Virus record (IMG/VR): IMGVR_UViG_3300030117_005585
Span: 1-64,000 of that record
DNA length: 64,000 nucleotides
From: a virus
Direction: 5' to 3' (one strand)
Below the pieces are notes generated by a model, which made no database searches, had not been told where the DNA came from, and saw nothing but the letters and a program-made list of their open reading frames with translations. Within the stretch, counting starts at the first letter, position 1; every line of letters starts with the position of its first letter. Of the stretch, positions 48,601 to 58,195 are shown piece by piece. Both the position numbers and the translations under genes were made by a program.

Positions 48601-49116
48601 TTATAAGGTATAGAAAGGGTCTAGTGTGTCGTACTCACCATCACCAATTATTGAATCTGTTAACTCATCATACATAGACTCACCGCCTGCTTGCCCAACA
48701 GTTGCGATATCATCTTTTCTCAAATTTAAATCTAGTGTAGCAACCCTTTGGTCTATGTCAATACTGAAATTCATCTTTACATTGATTTTATTTGGGTTTC
48801 TTTCATCAGATGTTGTAACTATATCTACCACTTTGACATATGGCAACCACTCAGTCAAAGCTGCTCTTATTGCCTCTTCTACTTTTTCAGCTATACTACC
48901 ATCATCTGGCTCAAAAATAACTTTCATCAATTCGCTTCCAAACGTGGGATTACCCAACCGCTCGCCCTTCATCGTCAATAATAAATTTCTTATGTTAGAA
49001 CGTGTTTGTTGTAAAGTTGTTCTTGTTTTATTAAAGAATCCTTGACTACCATAATCTAATGGTAGAGATATTCCTATAAAAACATCTGGATTTAAATCTT
49101 TTTCTAAATTAGACAT
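48601..49116 (-). CDS. Baseplate wedge protein (gp25-like)
   Basis: NIRNLLLTMKGER..NPTFGS.L..VIFEP...WLPYV. Confidence 0.9.
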   Translation of the reverse strand: MSNLEKDLNPDVFIGISLPLDYGSQGFFNKTRTTLQQTRSNIRNLLLTMKGERLGNPTFGSELMKVIFEPDDGSIAEKVEEAIRAALTEWLPYVKVVDIVTTSDERNPNKINVKMNFSIDIDQRVATLDLNLRKDDIATVGQAGGESMYDELTDSIIGDGEYDTLDPFYTL

Positions 49117-49586
49117 TATTTTTTCCCATCTTTTTTATCTAATGCTGCCATCACTCCTCTATAATCTTTTGTTAAATTACTCATCACATCTTGTACTGCT
49201 GGATTGGATGTGTCAGCACCAGCTGCTTGTGCTGTTTGTATAGCAGATGCTTGTCTTTTAGTTTCGGCATTACCTAACATATTACCGTAACCTAAAGCAT
49301 CAGCCATCTTTGAAGTATCAAATGTTCCCCCACCCATCGTTGGATATTCATCCATTTCTTGTGAGTGTGCTGTTTCATTGAGTATTTTGTTTAGAACAGG
49401 ATCTTTAACATAAGTTTTTTGTTCTTTGCGTTTGGGTAATACATCGGGTACATCAAACCCACCATTGGATTTAGACATTACTGACTTTTTACCTTCGTTA
49501 ATAAATATATCCGTTATCTGTTTTTTTACTTCTTGTTTAACTACTTCTCTAATTAAACCAACAAGTGCTTTTGTTTTATTAGCCAT
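49116..49586 (-). CDS. Conserved hypothetical protein
   Basis: LIREVVKQEV...INE, DPVLNKILNET and LTKDYRGVM. Late promoter at 49604-49611; AGGAG RBS. Confidence 0.65.
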   Translation of the reverse strand: MANKTKALVGLIREVVKQEVKKQITDIFINEGKKSVMSKSNGGFDVPDVLPKRKEQKTYVKDPVLNKILNETAHSQEMDEYPTMGGGTFDTSKMADALGYGNMLGNAETKRQASAIQTAQAAGADTSNPAVQDVMSNLTKDYRGVMAALDKKDGKK

Positions 49587-49626
49587 AATAACTCCTATTT
49601 TATATAAATATTTTACTTTTAATTAT

Positions 49627-50142
49627 TTATTTAATTCCAAGCTGTTTGTTCTTTTGTTCATTAACTTTATCAGATTCTTCCTTATCTTTGACTGCTTTTT
49701 GTAATCTGTCTTTTATTTGCTTTGTACTAACTTTTAGGTTATCGACAGTTGGCTCTAAAATGTCACTTACACTACCTAAGTCTTGAATCTCACCTTTAAA
49801 TTTGTCCATAAGTTTTTCTTGAATTAAAGATATGGCAGCAGCAGCCGGATTCAATGCTGAACCAATCACATTGGCTTCTCTTAACTTTTCAGCACCACTT
49901 AGTCCTGATTTGGCAGTTCTGAGTAAACTCGATAATTGATTTTTAAAATTATCAATAGTGACTTGTGTATTTTCTAAATTAGTTATTCTATCTAATACTT
50001 TATTAACTTCACTAATAGTATCAGAACCACCTTTACCTGACCTGATTTTAGCGACTAATTTTTTCGAGTCCTTTGACAAATCGTCAATCGGATTATTAAC
50101 ACTTCGTTTGATAAAATTTCTTACATTGTCTCCTAATCCCAT
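49627..50142 (-). CDS. Coiled-coil hypothetical (baseplate region)
   Basis: 171-aa helical ORF coupled to the hub gene. Confidence 0.6.
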   Translation of the reverse strand: MGLGDNVRNFIKRSVNNPIDDLSKDSKKLVAKIRSGKGGSDTISEVNKVLDRITNLENTQVTIDNFKNQLSSLLRTAKSGLSGAEKLREANVIGSALNPAAAAISLIQEKLMDKFKGEIQDLGSVSDILEPTVDNLKVSTKQIKDRLQKAVKDKEESDKVNEQKNKQLGIK

Positions 50143-51431
50143 TATCCTCTAACTCCTGCAGGATCAGTAATTTTTTCCACTTCGTAATTCTTACTAACAA
50201 TGTTTTCATCTAATTCAGGCCACTCTGCATTACTAAACAATTCTTCTACATCTAAATCATCTTCAGGTAGAGGTGGTGCTTTTCTATTTGGAACAAAAAC
50301 CTTATCACTGTAAAACCTAGGTACTCCTTCAAGTTCACTTCTTAAATCTTGTATTGATTTTCTAAATTTTTCTCTCGCATTTGTAATATCTGTATCTTGT
50401 TTGGCTTTTATCATTTCGTTTAGGAAAGCTAAATTTGCTAATAACATATCATCTAAAAAATCGTTCAATGCTTTTCCTATGACTGCAGGCCCGGCTTTAG
50501 AATCACCAACATATGTTCCTAAGTTTACAGTTCCATTTTCTGTTTCTAAATTAATTGAAGTCTGTGCTGATAAGTTTATATTTCTGTCAGCAAATCCGAA
50601 AATATCACCACCTGGTGAAGAAACTTCTCCGAACCCTTTGGCATTAAGAGATACGCTATCTGCGTTCAACGATATTACAGAACTTAGAGCTCCACCTAAA
50701 TTTTTAGATAACATCTGACTCGGTGAGGCGTTTCTAAGAGGTATATGTCCATTGTTAGTAATGTAGATATTTGCCTCATCTAAATTTACATCTTCGACAT
50801 GAGCTAAGTCTTCATTAAATCTTTTAGCAGTAATATTACCAGAACTTTTACTCTGACCTACAGTCAACTTCATAAAAGGTTGTACAAAATTATTATCGCT
50901 ACCAAAATGTATAGATTGTCCAAATCTACCTTGTATGACAGTATCTCCTTGTTCACAATAAATCTTTCTGTTGAATTTTGTTAATTGTTCATAAGGTTTA
51001 CCATCTCCTTTTGAAAAGGGAACTCTATTCATATTGACTTTTCCAAACAAATTCAAAGGATTAAAGTAATAGAGTTGTCCTAAATAACTAGCAACATTAA
51101 CCACTTCACCTATAATTGGATATTGAATTATATGTGGGGATAAAGGTTTTGCTAAATCATCTAAAACTTCTCCTGTGGGTTGACTATATTTTAGACTAAC
51201 GGTTACAGCACCCAACATTGATAAATCAACATTACCATCAGGACCTACTGGAAAATCTTTATCTTTTGGGTCTAAATGACATTTAACAACTTGCGCTGGT
51301 TCTATTTCATAAAACTCATCTGATGTAGACATTTGTTCTATTAAATCTACAACATTACTTTGATTCATAAAACCAGTGCTACTACCTATTGAGGCAACAG
51401 AGTTAGTAACTTTTCTATAGCCAGGTTGCAT
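50142..51431 (-). CDS. Baseplate hub/spike protein (gp5/VgrG-like)
   Basis: OB-fold-like YPIIGEVV; GDTVIQGRFGQSIHFGS; beta-helix-like INLSAQTSINLE; PAVIG. Confidence 0.6.
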   Translation of the reverse strand: MQPGYRKVTNSVASIGSSTGFMNQSNVVDLIEQMSTSDEFYEIEPAQVVKCHLDPKDKDFPVGPDGNVDLSMLGAVTVSLKYSQPTGEVLDDLAKPLSPHIIQYPIIGEVVNVASYLGQLYYFNPLNLFGKVNMNRVPFSKGDGKPYEQLTKFNRKIYCEQGDTVIQGRFGQSIHFGSDNNFVQPFMKLTVGQSKSSGNITAKRFNEDLAHVEDVNLDEANIYITNNGHIPLRNASPSQMLSKNLGGALSSVISLNADSVSLNAKGFGEVSSPGGDIFGFADRNINLSAQTSINLETENGTVNLGTYVGDSKAGPAVIGKALNDFLDDMLLANLAFLNEMIKAKQDTDITNAREKFRKSIQDLRSELEGVPRFYSDKVFVPNRKAPPLPEDDLDVEELFSNAEWPELDENIVSKNYEVEKITDPAGVRG

Positions 51432-51433
51432 AA

Positions 51434-51820
51434 TTAATTCTCCACCTTTCCTATTTCATTTATATCATCAGAGTGTTTTTGTGCATCAGCTGCTACCTCT
51501 TCTACAGCAGACATTAGTTGTTCCTTTTCCGCATCACTCAAACCAAACTCTTCTTCAGCACCACCTTTGTTTTCTGTGGATATAAGTCTTTGAACTATAC
51601 TGGCAACTTTAACTAATTGGTCGTCGTTCTTTACATTAATTTCTAAGTATTCTTTTAACATAGGAATTATTTGAACTGCTGTGTCACCGTCTTTAATAAA
51701 TCCAACAACTTCTTTCATCAGAACTTCCAATTGTTCTTTATTTCTTGCCGTATTATCGTATATATCTTTAAATAAGTCTGACAATGACTTACCATCAAAG
51801 ATTTCATAATCATTTGCCAT
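51434..51820 (-). CDS. Helical hypothetical protein (possible terminase small subunit)
   Basis: 128 aa, all helical, with its own late promoter (51857-51864). The TerS assignment is only architectural. Confidence 0.35.
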   Translation of the reverse strand: MANDYEIFDGKSLSDLFKDIYDNTARNKEQLEVLMKEVVGFIKDGDTAVQIIPMLKEYLEINVKNDDQLVKVASIVQRLISTENKGGAEEEFGLSDAEKEQLMSAVEEVAADAQKHSDDINEIGKVEN

Positions 51821-51948
51821 TTTTATCCTCTGAATTGTTATAGAATTGTATCATATATAAATATTTAGATTTTCAACTTTTGATTAATATATATTATATT
51901 TATATATAGGGTGAAACTCCCTTTTTTGTTAACTAATGGAGAATAAAC

Positions 51949-52170
51949 ATGAAGGAAATAATAACAATGGTAAAAGGCTACATAGATGATTTAGCTCATC
52001 TTATGATGTCTTTTGTAGCCATAGGTGCTATATCTGAAGTAATATTCGGTACTGGCGTCTTTGGTGTCAATGTTATTGGTAACCTGACATCTATCATAAA
52101 CACATTCGGCGAATCTGGTTTCGCTGGGTTAGTCGCGTTGTTGGTGTTGGTGGGTTTGTTTCGTAAGTAG
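51949..52170 (+). CDS. Small membrane protein (holin-like candidate)
   Basis: 73 aa with 2-3 hydrophobic segments and C-terminal RK. GGAG RBS; plus-strand ATATTTAT at 51896-51903. Confidence 0.7.
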   Translation: MKEIITMVKGYIDDLAHLMMSFVAIGAISEVIFGTGVFGVNVIGNLTSIINTFGESGFAGLVALLVLVGLFRK

Positions 52171-52183
52171 TTCTAAAACAAAG

Positions 52184-52212
52184 AAGGGGAGTGAAAACTC
52201 CCCTTTTTTTTT
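52184..52212. terminator. Bidirectional intrinsic terminator between convergent genes
   Basis: AAGGGGAGT-GAAA-ACTCCCCTT followed by a T tract. Confidence 0.85.
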
Positions 52213-52972
52213 ATTCTCTAGTTAAAGAGCCTGTATAAGATACATCAACGACACCCTCTTTTTCGAATTCAGAATATAATCTCTTATTATACTTTTTCAT
52301 AACATTAATAATACGAGTTATATGTTGTGTATTAGAACCTGTCATTTCTCGAATAAGAATATACAGTGCCTTTTTATTGAAGTTTTCTAAGTTTTGTTTT
52401 ATCCTAAAGAGATGTAGTACAGAGTCGGCAACTCTAATATCTTTATCTCTACGAAATATATTTGTTAGATTATATTCCCAAAATCTAACCAACTCTTCTG
52501 TAAATAAAGAATTAATTTCGGTTCTCTCACTTAAATTAGTTTCACCTGTTATGTTTCTTTTATAATCTAAAACATCTATTCCATCGTGTATCTTACCCAT
52601 TTTGTAATTCTTATTATTATTTAGAATAAGGTAGTTTTTAGCAACAATACTAAAGTAAGAAAATGCTTTTCCTTTACCTTCTTTAAATTTGTGCATGTTC
52701 ATCACAAGAAAAGATACCACTTCATTCTTTACTTCTTCAGATGTTGTATCGAAGTAATAAAACTTAAACGTATGAATTATGTTCTCTGCTAATTTATCAA
52801 AAGCAGCTCTTATATGTTCATTGTAAATCTTATTTCTTAAACTTGGACTGTCACTATTATTATATCTTATTATTGCTTTCTCAGTTCCCTGATGAAAATA
52901 ATAGTTCTTTGGTCTCTTCTTTCTTTTCTTTCTTTTCTTTGCTACTGAGCCTGATGTTTGCATTGATGGCAT
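52211..52972 (-). CDS. Late-transcription sigma factor (T4 gp55-like)
   Basis: NYYF...KLAENII..F.F..Y...E.V......KF...KGKAFSYFSIVAKNYL parallels gp55 region 2 (NPFAYFT). Confidence 0.7.
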   Translation of the reverse strand: MPSMQTSGSVAKKRKKRKKRPKNYYFHQGTEKAIIRYNNSDSPSLRNKIYNEHIRAAFDKLAENIIHTFKFYYFDTTSEEVKNEVVSFLVMNMHKFKEGKGKAFSYFSIVAKNYLILNNNKNYKMGKIHDGIDVLDYKRNITGETNLSERTEINSLFTEELVRFWEYNLTNIFRRDKDIRVADSVLHLFRIKQNLENFNKKALYILIREMTGSNTQHITRIINVMKKYNKRLYSEFEKEGVVDVSYTGSLTRE

Positions 52973-53229
52973 TACTGTTGTTCTCCTCTAAAGTTATCTA
53001 ATTGTTTTATTATATTTTTTATTTCATCAAAGATTACACCTGTTTCATCATCAGATTCAAATGAACCTCTGTAATCTATTTTTTTCAAATCAAATTGAAT
53101 TTTTTCTACTGCTTCCATAAAATTTGAAACCCAATCTTCTAACATTTCTTGTTTGAGATTTAAATTCCATATCACATAACAAGATGTTAAAAACAGTAAG
53201 GTTACAATTGTAAAAGATACTTCTAACAT
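52972..53229 (-). CDS. Small membrane-anchored hypothetical protein
   Basis: N-terminal TM; IDYRGSFESDDETGVIF. Confidence 0.6.
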   Translation of the reverse strand: MLEVSFTIVTLLFLTSCYVIWNLNLKQEMLEDWVSNFMEAVEKIQFDLKKIDYRGSFESDDETGVIFDEIKNIIKQLDNFRGEQQ

Positions 53230-54005
53230 TACTTGGTTTCTCCAAAGAGTTCATCAAAAAGGTCTTGTGACTTAGAACTCAGTTTAGGTGATGGTTCAGA
53301 TTTCTTCTCTCCGTTAACCGCTTTCTTCATATTCGTAGTAAGGTTTGTATTATAGTCTTCATCTGCTCGTTTCCATTCGTCACCTTCGATGTGTGTTGCC
53401 ATCATATCGGCTTGATGAAGTATGTATGCTATATTGGATTTCAACGCCCAATCAGGATTGTAACTAAGGTAGTAGGTTTTATTTGCTTCCTCATACAAAC
53501 CATCAGTTAAACGTAATCCGATATATTCCCATTGTGTCATTGGAATACCGAAGTGATTTAAAAGAAAAATAGCTCGGTCGGTAACAGACATATATTGAAG
53601 TTTCGGATTGTGTTTGAATATCTCACCTCTATTCTTACGATGCCATTCGGAGTCTTGTGGTATATAATAATCTTCATCTAAATCACCAACCTTACCTAAG
53701 TCGTGATGCATAGCAGCGAAGATAAGTTCCTCATCGGTGAAGTTGATGGTGGCTCCATTTTTCTCCCACAGCTCTTTGATTTGAAGAGCTGAATCAACTA
53801 CATGCAACACATGCTCTACATAACCACCTACCATAGCATTGTGATAAGCTGCCTTACCACTGGCTGGTGCTACTGACATTCTATCTTCAAAGTAGACATA
53901 CATAGTCTTAAGCTTTTTTAATCTATCTCCTTCGAATGTATCTTCTATAAGTTTCATTAACTTATTCCAATTCTCTACTATTTGTTGTTCTGAAAGTTGT
54001 TTCAT
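53229..54005 (-). CDS. HD-domain phosphohydrolase (YhaM-like HD domain)
   Basis: APAS...HNA..GGYVEHV...HHDLGKVG...HQAD. Confidence 0.85.
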   Translation of the reverse strand: MKQLSEQQIVENWNKLMKLIEDTFEGDRLKKLKTMYVYFEDRMSVAPASGKAAYHNAMVGGYVEHVLHVVDSALQIKELWEKNGATINFTDEELIFAAMHHDLGKVGDLDEDYYIPQDSEWHRKNRGEIFKHNPKLQYMSVTDRAIFLLNHFGIPMTQWEYIGLRLTDGLYEEANKTYYLSYNPDWALKSNIAYILHQADMMATHIEGDEWKRADEDYNTNLTTNMKKAVNGEKKSEPSPKLSSKSQDLFDELFGETK

Positions 54006-54322
54006 CTTATTCTCCTAAAAGTATTTTTTACTAATTTAAATGGATATCTTCCTGGCACATAGCCGTTTGTTTTTTTGTTCCAATTAAGCATTTCTTTTTT
54101 GATTTTTTTACCCCAACCAATATATTCTAGTTCTTCTTTGGGTTGAAACTCCCACCATTGTGTTTCTATATCCTTAGCATCATTTAATATATTAAGCATC
54201 GCCACAGCTTTACTACCTATCTTACTTACTAAGTAAGCAGCATCTTCTTCGTTTGAAGCATAATATACTTCTTTATCTTCCTTAAAAGCCTCAGGTGTCC
54301 AACTCACAATGTATGGTTTCAT
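54002..54322 (-). CDS. Hypothetical protein
   Basis: 106-aa ORF coupled on both sides. Confidence 0.6.
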   Translation of the reverse strand: MKPYIVSWTPEAFKEDKEVYYASNEEDAAYLVSKIGSKAVAMLNILNDAKDIETQWWEFQPKEELEYIGWGKKIKKEMLNWNKKTNGYVPGRYPFKLVKNTFRRIR

Positions 54323-55660
54323 TTATCTAACCTCATAACCGCTTTTTGTTAATTTAATTGTTGGTTCTTCTCTAAGTCTATTTCTATAGATGTCAAAAGG
54401 TATTCCTCTACCCCAACCAAGATAATCCATAATTTGTTCTTTAGTTACCGAGCCAACTTTGTGAATGTAATTTAATATTTTGTTATAACCATCTGTATCT
54501 TTTTTTACTTTTTTGAATTTCTCTTCCGCTCTTACAAAATGACTATTATACTTTTTTATAATATTTTCCCACGAGTTTTCTTTTCCTAATTCTATACACC
54601 TATTGGAATATTCTTCTCTTAGATTTTCGTTATCTAACATCATATTCATCTTCTTTAGAAACTCTTCATCTTTATCAAAATAAATACCAGCATTCTCAGC
54701 ATACTGTGAATAGTAGTCAGCATTGTAGAATATATAAGGTACACCAACTGCCATACCATCAGAAGCAGAGTTAGCCCAACCCGTATGGTGTGATTGTCCA
54801 CACACACCAACCCAACATTTAGATAACTCTGTAAAGTAACCTTGTCTATCAAATTTTTTATTGTAGATATACTCTCTATCTATTGAGTCTGATAAAGGAA
54901 CCCATGCCGTAAAGTCTTTTCTCTGTTCCCATAATTTATCAATCTGTTGTAGAAACCAAGGATAACTTTTATAACTATTAGCCCTATGATTCCAAACTAT
55001 TATCTTTGGTTCTTTTTGTGGTTTCTTTCGTGGGCCTTCTACATTATCCCAACCACGTGGTAGTGGTTCTATCTTATCTTTCAATATCTCCACATCACTA
55101 TCTGGCAAGCAAGTCGGTGCGTTCTCTATTATAGTATCTTTCACTGCTTGTGAGTTAACACCACAACTGTTCATAGACATCAAACCAGCATAGTGCTGTC
55201 TAAGTAAACTAGCTTCATAACCAGTAGTCTTTGGTATTTCTATATATGCATCGTAACCAAATATTACAGGTCTGCAGTTAGTCAAATTTCTAAAATGATT
55301 CTCCAACTGTAATGTATGTTCTGGCAAATATGTATATAAAAAATCCCAATCTTTAGTTTTGAAATCAGTTATTTTAGATAACTGATAAGTATCAAAATGT
55401 TGTCTCATCTCATTTGGATATGTAGGTTGTTTGTAGATAATCTGTTCAGTATTTTCATATTGAAAGCCTGGCATAATTTCAGGAGTTAATACTACAAAAA
55501 ATATATCCGGCCTTAACTTTGTTAAATGTTTTAAAATGTTAGACATTATTATGTAGTAACTATCCTTAGTAAAATCTTTTTGAAAGGTTATATTAGGATA
55601 AACTAAACATCTAAAAGGATATTCTCTATCCTCATCGGTATCTTGAAAGAAGTTGTTCAT
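54323..55660 (-). CDS. GT-B fold glycosyltransferase (GT4-like)
   Basis: NSQAVK, IVWNHR...K, GWANSASDGMAVGVPYI and SWE; small C-terminal helical domain. Confidence 0.8.
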   Translation of the reverse strand: MNNFFQDTDEDREYPFRCLVYPNITFQKDFTKDSYYIIMSNILKHLTKLRPDIFFVVLTPEIMPGFQYENTEQIIYKQPTYPNEMRQHFDTYQLSKITDFKTKDWDFLYTYLPEHTLQLENHFRNLTNCRPVIFGYDAYIEIPKTTGYEASLLRQHYAGLMSMNSCGVNSQAVKDTIIENAPTCLPDSDVEILKDKIEPLPRGWDNVEGPRKKPQKEPKIIVWNHRANSYKSYPWFLQQIDKLWEQRKDFTAWVPLSDSIDREYIYNKKFDRQGYFTELSKCWVGVCGQSHHTGWANSASDGMAVGVPYIFYNADYYSQYAENAGIYFDKDEEFLKKMNMMLDNENLREEYSNRCIELGKENSWENIIKKYNSHFVRAEEKFKKVKKDTDGYNKILNYIHKVGSVTKEQIMDYLGWGRGIPFDIYRNRLREEPTIKLTKSGYEVR

Positions 55661-56928
55661 TATTTAATTTCGAGAGGATTTTTAGAATTTATAACTACTT
55701 TACCACTTGACTTTTCATACCATTCTCCAACTAAAATTTTAGATGTTGGATTATGATATAAAGCAGGCAAACCCATTTTACAACCTCTCCATTTTCCACC
55801 GACAGGTCTCCAATCTTCTTTTTTTACATATGCTAAAATTACTACTACTCTATCAACATTATCTTCATAACCAATAAATACTGTCCAAGCATCTCTTTCA
55901 GTATCAGCGCCTGTTGAAAATTTGGTTAGAGAGGGGTTATCAGTAATTTTACTTGCTTTAATTTCCATAGAATCGAAAAACAGAGGAAAGAACCAATCTG
56001 GATCATTTACTGATGTTGATGTTTCAACTTTTAAATTAGGGTTTACCATCTCTATACATTCCCCACCAATAATCATAAATTGGTCGGATACTAATCCACT
56101 TCTTGTTTTTGTTTCAAGTTTTGGGCCAGGTGTAATAATTTTCTTCTTACCATTGTGAGCCAATCCAATTTCTATTTTATCATGTTGATGAATATAATTT
56201 CTAACAGCAATACAAGTCATTAAAGCCATTTCTGTAGTATATATACTCTCAAAATCAGTATTTCCTTGATATTGTGGAGTATTAACTTTTTTTGGAGTTG
56301 GTGGAAATAACAAATCAAAAGCTTTTGAATATTTCATACCATCATCTATTTTTTTTAAATATGTCTGCCCCTGATTATGTTTACCAATTCTCCAAAGCTT
56401 TTTTATATAAGTCAAAGATTTATTAGAATCATCTTTCCATAAATAGTCATAAATTGATTCAATATTTATTTTATCTTTTCCTTTTACTAATCTCATTTTT
56501 TCATGTACTAACTTTATCTGATTAAAAGTTCTAACTGCACTGTCTTTACGAACTCTTGAAGCTGCTTCCAACACTTGAATTGCATTTAAAGGATCGCTTA
56601 AATCTAAGTCAGTTTCATATTCAGTAATCTTCATCCAATTATGATCTTCGCCGGTATCCTTATCAATACCATTATGAAAACTATCTCTTGTTTCTTTCTT
56701 CTCAAACCACCTAGTATGGCCAGAAACCACAGTTCCAGCAGGATAAGGACCATTTTTCTTTTTCAAAACTGATGGTGGATGTATTAAACCAACTCCATTG
56801 TCAATTGTTTCTGATATATGTTGCGTATCATACTCATTACTTTGCCAATCGTCATTCAATGCGTGTTTCTTTAGAGAATCTATATGTGCATATAAAACAC
56901 CGTCTATAACTTTTGTTTCGTATTTCAT
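55660..56928 (-). CDS. ParB/Srx-like N-terminal domain fused to a PD-(D/E)xK endonuclease-like domain
   Basis: IDSLKKHALN...GLIHPPSV...VVSGHTRW (ParB-like GxxR); C-terminal NDPDW...MEIKAS. Confidence 0.55.
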   Translation of the reverse strand: MKYETKVIDGVLYAHIDSLKKHALNDDWQSNEYDTQHISETIDNGVGLIHPPSVLKKKNGPYPAGTVVSGHTRWFEKKETRDSFHNGIDKDTGEDHNWMKITEYETDLDLSDPLNAIQVLEAASRVRKDSAVRTFNQIKLVHEKMRLVKGKDKINIESIYDYLWKDDSNKSLTYIKKLWRIGKHNQGQTYLKKIDDGMKYSKAFDLLFPPTPKKVNTPQYQGNTDFESIYTTEMALMTCIAVRNYIHQHDKIEIGLAHNGKKKIITPGPKLETKTRSGLVSDQFMIIGGECIEMVNPNLKVETSTSVNDPDWFFPLFFDSMEIKASKITDNPSLTKFSTGADTERDAWTVFIGYEDNVDRVVVILAYVKKEDWRPVGGKWRGCKMGLPALYHNPTSKILVGEWYEKSSGKVVINSKNPLEIK

Positions 56929-56949
56929 TTATTATTTCCTAATTGTTAA

Positions 56950-58143
56950 TTATCTACCTACTTCTGATAGGTACATTTCTTTAGTTTCTTCCCAAGTCTT
57001 TCCTACGATATCTCCGTAGAAAAGTTTTTCAGGCTTCAATCTATTTTCGTCAAATAATTTACTGTATCTTCTGATAGCTTTAGGTTTCCACCAATTAATA
57101 ATGTAATCGCTATCATCACTATACTTTTTCTTCATCTTCAAATCTTTTTCTTCTATCTCTCCACGCAAAAACTCTCTACCATTTTCATATATGTCAGCGT
57201 AGAAGATACCTCTTTTAAATCCATGTTGGTAATCAGAACCCTTCACACCAACTGCTTTAAAAATCATATTAATTGTTTTTTGTTTCACACCTGTAGGAGG
57301 ACCGGCAACCCCTTCTTTTTGAGTAGTTTGTCTAAGGTACTCATCTTTTTGGTTTTCTTTCAACCACTGATGCCATACATCATAAGTGGAATCATCAGGC
57401 TTCAGTGCTATTCTACCTTTAGACTCACCAAGTGTTTTCCAAAGTGGAATACTGTTATACATTGAGTGTATGCCGTATAGGGATGTGGTTGATGCTCCTA
57501 CTAAGGTCTGACCATAAGTCTCTTTCCAAGCATCTCTAACTACTGATGATGTTACGAAACAAGCCACCAACTTACCACCTAAGAAATTGAATCCCAATGG
57601 TTGAGCACAACATATCGTTGTACCTATGGAAGTATATTTAAGTTTACCATCTTTAAATTTATTTTCTTTTGTCCATCCAATATAGTTATCTCTGGCACCT
57701 AATGAAGTAACATCTGAACCCATACAAACAATTCCTAATATTTTGCCAGTTACTTTATCTTTCAAATAAAACTTTAGGTTTCTGCCAGGGTTAGCAGTAA
57801 ACTCCATAGTGTGAATCAACCTACGAACTAATGTCCACTCTTCATTGTGTTTAGCATTACCTTGTTCTGTCATTTCTAAGTAAGGTTCTAATGCTTCGAT
57901 TTCTTTTATGGTTTGTTCTTTATTATTTATATCAGTAGGTGTCCAAATAGACTTTTCTATCTTAGAGAACTGAGTTGCTTTCTGAGTCATAGAGTAAACA
58001 TCAGCATTAAACTCTTGCCATTTCTTATATAGTGTTTGTTCTTGTACAGACATAGACTTTAGAAAGTCTAAGTTATCGATAAACTTCTTGCGTTCAGCTT
58101 CGAAGTCAAATTGTGGCTCGTCAAAAAAATTGTTAAAACCCAT
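56950..58143 (-). CDS. DUF4338/DruA-like protein (Mom-like GNAT-fold candidate)
   Basis: PGRNLKFY, ILGIV.MGSDV, RDNYIGW, QPLGFNFLGGKL, WKETYG, TTSLYG, SMYN and WKTLGESKG. Confidence 0.75.
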   Translation of the reverse strand: MGFNNFFDEPQFDFEAERKKFIDNLDFLKSMSVQEQTLYKKWQEFNADVYSMTQKATQFSKIEKSIWTPTDINNKEQTIKEIEALEPYLEMTEQGNAKHNEEWTLVRRLIHTMEFTANPGRNLKFYLKDKVTGKILGIVCMGSDVTSLGARDNYIGWTKENKFKDGKLKYTSIGTTICCAQPLGFNFLGGKLVACFVTSSVVRDAWKETYGQTLVGASTTSLYGIHSMYNSIPLWKTLGESKGRIALKPDDSTYDVWHQWLKENQKDEYLRQTTQKEGVAGPPTGVKQKTINMIFKAVGVKGSDYQHGFKRGIFYADIYENGREFLRGEIEEKDLKMKKKYSDDSDYIINWWKPKAIRRYSKLFDENRLKPEKLFYGDIVGKTWEETKEMYLSEVGR

Positions 58144-58195
58144 TTTAATTCCTGTTAATTTTCAATAGTTAAATAGCCTAGCTGGCCAAAAGTTG

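Noticed and set aside
56950-58143. Druantia anti-phage defence system
   Set aside because: Only a DruA/DUF4338-like gene is present, with no DruE helicase or other partners, and the context is a phage operon.
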